Origin: a virus
Lineage: Duplodnaviria; Heunggongvirae; Uroviricota; Caudoviricetes
Virus record (IMG/VR): IMGVR_UViG_2529293065_000012
Length of the DNA: 26,750 nt
Reading direction: 5' to 3' (one strand)
A program made the translations under genes and the position numbers. Every line of letters begins with the position of its first letter. Position 1 is the first letter of the stretch. Positions 1 to 5,138 of this stretch are shown in pieces. Under the pieces are notes generated by a model, which ran no database searches, was not told where the DNA came from, and was given only the letters and a program-made list of their open reading frames with translations.

Positions 1-1005
1 TTAATCCCCCGTGGACACTGCGTGGACACTTACGCCACCTTTCAGCGGATTAAGGGCCACCGCATCCTGCAGGTAATCCGGTGCAAAATGCGCATATGCC
101 ATTGTTTGCTGAATGGTTGCGTGACCAAGAATCTTCTGAAGCGCAATAATGTTTCCTCCGTTCATCACAAAATGGCTGGCGAACGTATGCCGCAGCACAT
201 GTGCAGCCTGGCCTTTTGGTAAATCGGGCTTAACTCTTTTCAGCGCCAGGCAGAATTCCCGGTACTTCACCTCAAACAAGCTGCCTGTTTCTCTGGTTTT
301 GATCGCCTCACAAACTGCCTGCGAAATTGGCACTGTTCTCTTCCGGCCATTTTTGGTTTCAAGAAACGTTACACGGTTATGAACTATCTGTTCACCACGA
401 AGCTTACAAGCTTCACTCCAGCGCGCCCCTGTGCTTAAACACAAAAGCGCAACACGCCAGTAGTCGCCCTCCAGTGTATCGAGCAATAGCGCCACTTCCT
501 TCTGTGACAGGAACGCCATTTCTCGTGGAGATACATAAAGAATAGAAATTCCCCTTACTGGATGTTCTGCATCCCAAAGACCTATTTTTTTCAGCACGGT
601 AAACATTCCGGATAACCGATTCATGTACCTGTTAGCAGATGACGGTTTCAATCCTTCAGCTATCTTTTGAGAACGCCACGCGATAATTTTCAGCTTATCA
701 AGATCCACAGCCTGCATATCAGCGCCAAGCTCATTAATTATGTTGCGCAGTTGTTTTCGGTCTTCTTCCGCCTTACGCCTGTGCTGGCCGTGATACATCC
801 ACCACAACTCAAGCAAATCATTTAGCGTTCGACGATCACGGTAGCCCTGTATATATTCCCGCTTTTCAGCGTTCGCCATGATGTAGCGTTCAGTGGCCAC
901 CGCTACCGATTTTTTGTCAAATACCTTACGCACGCGCTTTCCCTTGCGTCCGTTCGGCCTGATGTCCAGCAAATAACGACCATCTTCGAGCTTCTTAATC
1001 GACAT
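1..1005 (-). CDS. int: P2-type tyrosine integrase (334 aa from the ATG at 1005)
   Basis: MSIKKLEDGRYLLDIRPNGRKGKR... parallels P2 Int MAIKKLDDGRYEVDIRPTGRNGKR. The C-terminal catalytic region HVLRHTFASHF...ILGH...YAHF is present. A GGAGG SD lies 8 nt upstream of the ATG at 1003-1005. The track start at 1020 is a TTG and less likely. Confidence 0.92.
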   Translation of the reverse strand: MSIKKLEDGRYLLDIRPNGRKGKRVRKVFDKKSVAVATERYIMANAEKREYIQGYRDRRTLNDLLELWWMYHGQHRRKAEEDRKQLRNIINELGADMQAVDLDKLKIIAWRSQKIAEGLKPSSANRYMNRLSGMFTVLKKIGLWDAEHPVRGISILYVSPREMAFLSQKEVALLLDTLEGDYWRVALLCLSTGARWSEACKLRGEQIVHNRVTFLETKNGRKRTVPISQAVCEAIKTRETGSLFEVKYREFCLALKRVKPDLPKGQAAHVLRHTFASHFVMNGGNIIALQKILGHATIQQTMAYAHFAPDYLQDAVALNPLKGGVSVHAVSTGD

Positions 1006-1101
1006 TACGAAGCCCTCCAATGAACCGCTCTACAATTTCTCCAGCCTCTTTCCAGCAATAATCAGACCAGACAAAAAGCAGGTCTAACCAGTTTTCTGGC
1101 C

Positions 1102-1422
1102 TCAGCGGGATAATTTTTGGATTGTTTCGGTTGAAACGCGATCTCCCTCCGAATTGCAGGAACCATCAAGAGAGAGAGCCGGAGAAATTTGCCCGACCTC
1201 CGGCATCGTTTCATCTGTTGATAACCAATAAGCATACTTCTTAAATTTAGGGTGTTTCGTAACCTTAAGTAAGGCACCCTCTGTTACTTGCTTCCCCCTC
1301 ACCTCATAGTTAGTTACCGTCCCATAAGGCAGCCCAACACAATCCGCAAACTCCTGGCGGGTCATACCTTCTGCTTCACGAATCAGGCGAAATTTTTCAC
1401 CCATGCTTGACAAAGATGCCAT
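1102..1422 (-). CDS. C: P2 C-type immunity repressor, HTH (106 aa from the chosen start)
   Basis: MTRQEFADCVGLPYGTVTNYEVRG and GQISPAL resemble P2 C (LSRQQLADLTGVPYGTLSYYESGR ... GQIAPAL). The gene is divergent from cox as in P2. The start was chosen at the ATG at 1422 (GGAGGA about 10 nt upstream); alternatives are 1440, 1404 and 1476. Confidence 0.8.
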   Translation of the reverse strand: MASLSSMGEKFRLIREAEGMTRQEFADCVGLPYGTVTNYEVRGKQVTEGALLKVTKHPKFKKYAYWLSTDETMPEVGQISPALSLDGSCNSEGDRVSTETIQKLSR

Positions 1423-1480
1423 ATCGGGCATATCCTCCATCGCAACATGCCACATCGGGCACAAACATAAAAACACTCAA

Positions 1481-1510
1481 ATAAGCCGATATAAGCCATT
1501 TTGAGCCATT
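1481..1510. promoter_or_regulatory. Three tandem 10-bp direct repeats in the C/cox divergent region; candidate operator of the immunity switch
   Basis: ATAAGCCGAT / ATAAGCCATT / TTGAGCCATT are contiguous at 1481-1510, between the repressor start and the cox SD (AGGGAG, 1521-1526). P2 C binds direct repeats flanking the Pe promoter. Confidence 0.45.
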
Positions 1511-1535
1511 CGAACGAATTAGGGAGATTACCACA

Positions 1536-1823
1536 ATGAGCGAATCAGAGCTTGGGGGGTTCATTCAGGTAGCACCATATCCACTTGAAGCGGTGCCATA
1601 TCAACTATTCGCCAAGATGATCGGCCGCAAGGAATCCACAGTCAGAACCATGATTGACGCAGCAAAGCTACCGACAATTGACTTTGTGAAACCAGGTTCA
1701 GTAAAGACGCGTGCATCAGAAAACTGGGTATATCTGCCAGCATTTAACGAAGGCATGCGCAAAGCGTTTTTTGAGCAACCGAAAGAACGCCGCGACGCAT
1801 GGTTGTTGTGGCTGGGACTTTAG
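1536..1823 (+). CDS. cox: Cox-like excisionase / early repressor of Pc (95 aa)
   Basis: AVPYQLFAKMIGRKESTVRTMIDAAKLPTIDF...NWVYLPAFNEGMRKAF...RRDAWLLWLGL parallels P2 Cox AIPYQEFAKLIGKSTGAVRRMIDKGKLPVIDM...YWVYLPAWNNGL...IRDGWLMWLGL. Confidence 0.88.
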   Translation: MSESELGGFIQVAPYPLEAVPYQLFAKMIGRKESTVRTMIDAAKLPTIDFVKPGSVKTRASENWVYLPAFNEGMRKAFFEQPKERRDAWLLWLGL

Positions 1824-1829
1824 TCATAA

Positions 1830-2036
1830 ATGACCAGCCATATCATCAGCGCCATTCTGACCCTTGTTTTTATTGAGATAGGCGTAATAGAGATCTATTT
1901 GTTTCGCAAGTTAACGGGACATGAAGAACGCTTTATTGAACTCAGCATTGAATATATCGCCGCTTATACCAAAGGACTTTTCCCGGCAGCTATTGGGGCG
2001 ATGTTTATAGCGTTTGTTATCTGGTTTATCGGGTGA
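1830..2036 (+). CDS. Small membrane protein, two hydrophobic helices (68 aa)
   Basis: The ORF starts 7 nt after cox. Hydrophobic segments are IISAILTLVFIEIGVIEIYLF and LFPAAIGAMFIAFVIWFIG. No family was recognised. Confidence 0.55.
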   Translation: MTSHIISAILTLVFIEIGVIEIYLFRKLTGHEERFIELSIEYIAAYTKGLFPAAIGAMFIAFVIWFIG

Positions 2037-2075
2037 GAAACCTGACAACCCACAACTACTGCAATGAGGGTAATT

Positions 2076-2183
2076 ATGTGTGGCATGGACAAATTGGACC
2101 TTATGTTAATTGTAATACTATCAATTAACTTCGGTTACCTCTTAAGCGGCGCAATTCTCATGTGCGGAGGCAAACGAAAATGA
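2076..2183 (+). CDS. Candidate 35-aa hydrophobic peptide with a basic C-terminus (MCGMDKLDLMLIVILSINFGYLLSGAILMCGGKRK)
   Basis: Not in the ORF track (under 60 aa). A GAGGG SD at 2066-2070 lies 5 nt before the ATG at 2076. The stop overlaps the next small ORF's start (ATGA at 2180-2183). An alternative in-frame ATG is at 2064. Confidence 0.4.
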   Translation: MCGMDKLDLMLIVILSINFGYLLSGAILMCGGKRK

Positions 2184-2287
2184 ACCAGCAGTCCGCAAAA
2201 CGTGAAAACAATGCGATGCGATTTAATCGCAAATATTTTGAGTTCGGCCTCTATGCCGGAATAATTAAATCTGTACAGAGTCTTTAA
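2180..2287 (+). CDS. Candidate 35-aa small protein (MNQQSAKRENNAMRFNRKYFEFGLYAGIIKSVQSL)
   Basis: A GGAGG at 2166-2170 lies 9 nt before the ATG. ATGA coupling links it to the upstream peptide. Its stop lies 1 nt before the ATG of the 2289 ORF, giving tight operon packing. Confidence 0.35.
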   Translation: MNQQSAKRENNAMRFNRKYFEFGLYAGIIKSVQSL

Positions 2288-2288
2288 C

Positions 2289-2630
2289 ATGAAACAGCAA
2301 CGTAATTCACGCTTTCGCAATGGTGCAGAACGCCACGCTAACCGTTTTGCTACCAGTGCATCACGCAGCAACATCCGCTACAGCCTGAGTGATACACACG
2401 CAACGCCGGATGGCTACCCAGTAAAACAAATCGGCGAGCATGCCTGGCTGATTGAGAAAGCTGGAATCGTGATCCACAAATGCCCACACAATCCGTTTAC
2501 CGGAAACCGCATTTTTGCTCTAAGCAGTGGCGACAATCAGTTCGGGCAGGATTTCACATTATACGAAGCACTTCGCACGGTTGATCGTCTGCTTCGCGGG
2601 CAAAGTTTTATTAAACAGGCTGATTTATAA
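2289..2630 (+). CDS. Hypothetical early protein (113 aa)
   Basis: An ORF in the early rightward operon, tightly packed with its neighbours. No family was recognised. Confidence 0.6.
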   Translation: MKQQRNSRFRNGAERHANRFATSASRSNIRYSLSDTHATPDGYPVKQIGEHAWLIEKAGIVIHKCPHNPFTGNRIFALSSGDNQFGQDFTLYEALRTVDRLLRGQSFIKQADL

Positions 2631-2640
2631 CAGGTGCTTT

Positions 2641-2928
2641 ATGACCAAAGACCATGCACAAGGTGTATTTATCCGTTTTATTGATTTTCGCGGTGAACTG
2701 TTATTACGTGCATCCGCTATTGACGGAGTGACTCCGGCGGGTAAAAACGGAGCCGACGAAGCCACTTACGTTTATCTGAACGGCACGCGACTGCTTCTGG
2801 AACTTCCGTACCAGACCGTACGAGAAATCATTAGCGAAGCTGAAAAGGCACGCCAGGCTAATGGCGATGAACCCTATATCGAAATTATTTGTATGGATTC
2901 AGAAGCTGAAATACAGAAAGCAGATTAA
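2641..2928 (+). CDS. Hypothetical early protein (95 aa, MTKDHAQGVFIRF...)
   Basis: An internal ATG at 2641 avoids overlap with the 2289 ORF; the track ORF starts at 2527. No family was recognised. Confidence 0.6.
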   Translation: MTKDHAQGVFIRFIDFRGELLLRASAIDGVTPAGKNGADEATYVYLNGTRLLLELPYQTVREIISEAEKARQANGDEPYIEIICMDSEAEIQKAD

Positions 2929-2939
2929 AGGGCGTTGTG

Positions 2940-3182
2940 ATGGGCAAAGAATATAAAACTCTCATTAACAAAGCACTTGAGCGTTTTTATTTTCGCTTAA
3001 GTGCATCAGGCGCTCATGCTGAACGTGCGGCCCGTGACTCATTGACCAGAGCAATCCGAAGTCTGTATGACGTGGCTTTTTACGCTGATGATCTGGATGC
3101 ACTTAACGAACTTTCCGAGCTGATCTGTGCCGCAGAATGCGGGGAACATATTGAACCGTATAAGCTGGGGAATATCGCATGA
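2940..3182 (+). CDS. Hypothetical early protein (80 aa)
   Basis: The ATG at 2940 follows a GTG at 2937. The stop overlaps the next small ORF (ATGA at 3179-3182). Confidence 0.6.
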   Translation: MGKEYKTLINKALERFYFRLSASGAHAERAARDSLTRAIRSLYDVAFYADDLDALNELSELICAAECGEHIEPYKLGNIA

Positions 3183-3292
3183 GTATATTTATCTCATGGC
3201 TTGTTCTGATTATTTCGGTGGCCTGCGCTATTGGGATTATGCGAATTATTCATTCAATAAAAAAGATTGAACGTTTTTTCACTGGCGAATAA
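3179..3292 (+). CDS. Candidate 37-aa single-TM peptide (MSIFISWLVLIISVACAIGIMRIIHSIKKIERFFTGE)
   Basis: Not in the track. ATGA translational coupling links it to the upstream ORF. It has a hydrophobic N-terminal helix followed by a basic tail. Confidence 0.4.
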   Translation: MSIFISWLVLIISVACAIGIMRIIHSIKKIERFFTGE

Positions 3293-3378
3293 CAGAGCAA
3301 ATAAAACCACAGATAAAATAAGAAAATGTAAAAACAATCCGCATTAGCGGAGGTATTCGCACACGCCAAGGAGGCGTA

Positions 3379-3582
3379 ATGGCAATTAAGCATTTTCCTG
3401 TCGTTCGTTTTACCTCCAGAGGGCGTGAATACGAAGTCGACGAACGCCTGATTACCACAATCGACAAACACCGTTCGGAAAAGGATGCACACCACATCTA
3501 CCTCACTGACGGCACTTACTTCTGCGCCACCAACGTGGCGCGGGTGAATCTTATCCGACAGGTACAGGAGCCACGCAGATGA
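3379..3582 (+). CDS. Hypothetical early protein (67 aa)
   Basis: A strong AAGGAGG SD lies just upstream of the ATG at 3379. The stop overlaps the next start (ATGA). Confidence 0.65.
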   Translation: MAIKHFPVVRFTSRGREYEVDERLITTIDKHRSEKDAHHIYLTDGTYFCATNVARVNLIRQVQEPRR

Positions 3583-3845
3583 CCATTCTGGACTACATCG
3601 CTACCCATCCGGGTTGTAGCGGCGGAGAAATCGCCGCAGCATTGAATACCCCAACCACAGCCATCAATGCTGAGTTACGCCGACTCTGGCGCGGCGGCTT
3701 AGTCATCAGAACAAACCGCAGCACAGGTGGTCGCGCTCGCAAAGCAGGAGGCCAAGCTTCTTACCACGTAAACCCGATGCCGTTCGGGTGTAGCAATCCA
3801 CTTACTCACATGTTTAACCAGCTACTGAAGGAAACCAGAGCATGA
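3579..3845 (+). CDS. Probable winged-helix DNA-binding protein (88 aa)
   Basis: MTILDYIATHPGCSGGEIAAALNTPTTAINAELRRLWRGGLVIR looks like a MarR/ArsR-style wHTH. It is translationally coupled on both sides. Confidence 0.55.
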   Translation: MTILDYIATHPGCSGGEIAAALNTPTTAINAELRRLWRGGLVIRTNRSTGGRARKAGGQASYHVNPMPFGCSNPLTHMFNQLLKETRA

Positions 3846-4141
3846 GCACCATCAATCACCAGAAGCTACGCGAACTGGCATTTGCCCTGCAACGAATGGC
3901 AACGCCTCAAAAATTACTGGTATTTCGCGCAATGCTCTCGCCGTCTGCTGTGCTGGCACTGCTGGATGAGCTGGAGCACGCCAGAACCACGGCTCCTGCC
4001 ATTCGCCTGACGCTCCATCATGAAATCGCTGATTTCTGCGCGACGTTGAAGGCGCCAGGCGAACCGGAAACACCGGAAGCAATACAGCAAGAGCTGCTGC
4101 AACGCATTGACAAGGTTTTTGATTTTTTTCTGAACCAGTAA
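3842..4141 (+). CDS. Hypothetical early protein, possibly ead/Ea22-like (99 aa)
   Basis: INHQKLRELA... and AVLALLDELEHAR resemble motifs I remember from ead/Ea22-like prophage proteins. The family call is tentative. Confidence 0.5.
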   Translation: MSTINHQKLRELAFALQRMATPQKLLVFRAMLSPSAVLALLDELEHARTTAPAIRLTLHHEIADFCATLKAPGEPETPEAIQQELLQRIDKVFDFFLNQ

Positions 4142-4162
4142 GAAACCAGAACATGCACACAC

Positions 4163-4284
4163 AAAAAAACCGCTTGCCATGCCGCAATCAGTCAGGTTAC
4201 ATTTCCGCTGCACCTCACAAAACGGGTGTCGGGTTTCGCAGCCTGCTGACTACACAAGCGCACAACCGCGCCAGCGGTTTTTTT
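4163..4284 (+). ncRNA. Rod-like structured element closed by a 12-nt terminal inverted repeat; candidate ncRNA or single-strand DNA signal
   Basis: AAAAAAACCGCT (4163-4174) is the exact reverse complement of AGCGGTTTTTTT (4273-4284). Nested helices are AGTCAG 4190-4195 / CTGACT 4246-4251, GCTGC 4207-4211 / GCAGC 4238-4242, and CACC 4211-4214 / GGTG 4225-4228. No credible ORF is present. Confidence 0.35.
4264..4284 (+). terminator. Intrinsic terminator-like hairpin plus T7 run
   Basis: AACCGC-GCCA-GCGGTT is followed by TTTTT. Its 3' arm and T-run are shared with the long-range pairing to 4163-4174, so the two folds are mutually exclusive. Confidence 0.5.
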
Positions 4285-4325
4285 GTGCGTACTGTATTGC
4301 CACGTTTTTTTCGCGTCAGAATTAT

Positions 4326-4401
4326 GGCGGGGCGTACGGGGCCGACTTCGGTCGGGCCGGGTTCTTGTGTAGCCGGTACTGCGAACCTCGTACGTCTCGC
4401 C
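4326..4401 (+). other. 76-nt branched structure closed by a 13-bp stem, containing a C(UUCG)G tetraloop hairpin
   Basis: GGCGGGGCGTACG (4326-4338) pairs with CGTACGTCTCGCC (4389-4401), giving 11 Watson-Crick and 2 G-U pairs. The inner hairpin is CCGAC-TTCG-GTCGG at 4342-4355. GCCACCCA follows the stem. Confidence 0.35.
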
Positions 4402-4463
4402 ACCCACAGTTTCGCAGCTCTGGATGGTGAGTTTTCACAACTTACTACACAAGGGGCCACACC

Positions 4464-4655
4464 ATGGCAAACCGCAAACCACACCGCGCTATCGCGGAGC
4501 GTCGTCACATCCAGACTGAAATCAACCGCAGACTTTCCCGCGCATCACGCGTCGCGCAAATCATGCACATCAATATGCTGCATGAGCGCAGCCACGCACT
4601 ATCAAACATTTATTCCGCCTCTGTTTTCAGCTATCTGGCGGATGATCTGCACTAG
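4464..4655 (+). CDS. Small basic protein with an arginine-rich N-terminus (63 aa)
   Basis: An AGGGG SD lies 7 nt before the ATG. The N-terminus is MANRKPHRAIAERRHIQTEINRRLSR. No family was recognised, and it could be non-coding. Confidence 0.45.
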   Translation: MANRKPHRAIAERRHIQTEINRRLSRASRVAQIMHINMLHERSHALSNIYSASVFSYLADDLH

Positions 4656-4766
4656 CTTCAACAGCTCATCCAGCAGCAAAACAAACTCCATTAATTCCTG
4701 TTCCGGGCCTTTCCTGCACCTTGCGGCGGGAGGCCTTCGCACATCTGTAACAAGAGGATTGCCGCA

Positions 4767-5132
4767 ATGATTCTCGCCAACGACTTTCTTGAATACCTGC
4801 TCAACACAGAACGTGATCTTGCCGCTCGCGTGCGTGATCGTTATGACATGTACCTGAAATCCCTGCCTGTACCGCAGCTCGCTGACGGAAAGATTGTTAT
4901 TGATGGTCGCTACATGATTGACAGCCACGAGGGAAATTACAGGCTTTACCGCATTGAAGGTGGCACCCCGTCCGTTATTGGCATTTACCAGCGCCCATCC
5001 TCTGCAATCGTCGATGTGATTGCCGACAGCATCCGCATCACACATCGCCATGCCGACACAGAAGACACCGTGCTGGAAATTCAGCGGCTGGCTACAGTCT
5101 GCCGCGACACCCTGAATGGCATGTCGAAGTAA
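4767..5132 (+). CDS. Hypothetical protein immediately upstream of A (121 aa)
   Basis: An AAGAGGA SD lies upstream. The ORF ends 6 nt before the A start. No family was recognised. Confidence 0.65.
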   Translation: MILANDFLEYLLNTERDLAARVRDRYDMYLKSLPVPQLADGKIVIDGRYMIDSHEGNYRLYRIEGGTPSVIGIYQRPSSAIVDVIADSIRITHRHADTEDTVLEIQRLATVCRDTLNGMSK

Positions 5133-5138
5133 ATCACT

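Noticed and set aside
4163-4284. Retron msr/msd interpretation of the inverted-repeat-flanked element
   Set aside because: The flanking inverted repeats are reminiscent of retron a1/a2. However, no reverse transcriptase gene is adjacent or anywhere in the window, so a retron is not supported.
4326-4408. tRNA or tmRNA-like gene (GGGGC... start, ...GCCACCCA end)
   Set aside because: The 13-bp closing stem is too long for an acceptor stem. There is no GTTCRA T-loop and no D-arm or anticodon-arm geometry. It cannot be folded into a cloverleaf by eye.
4153-4770. 205-aa plus-strand ORF spanning the structured region
   Set aside because: The translation is Ser/Thr/Arg/Cys-rich with no protein-like pattern. 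It runs through hairpins, two T-runs and the better-supported 63-aa ORF in another frame, and it has no SD. I treat the region as non-coding.
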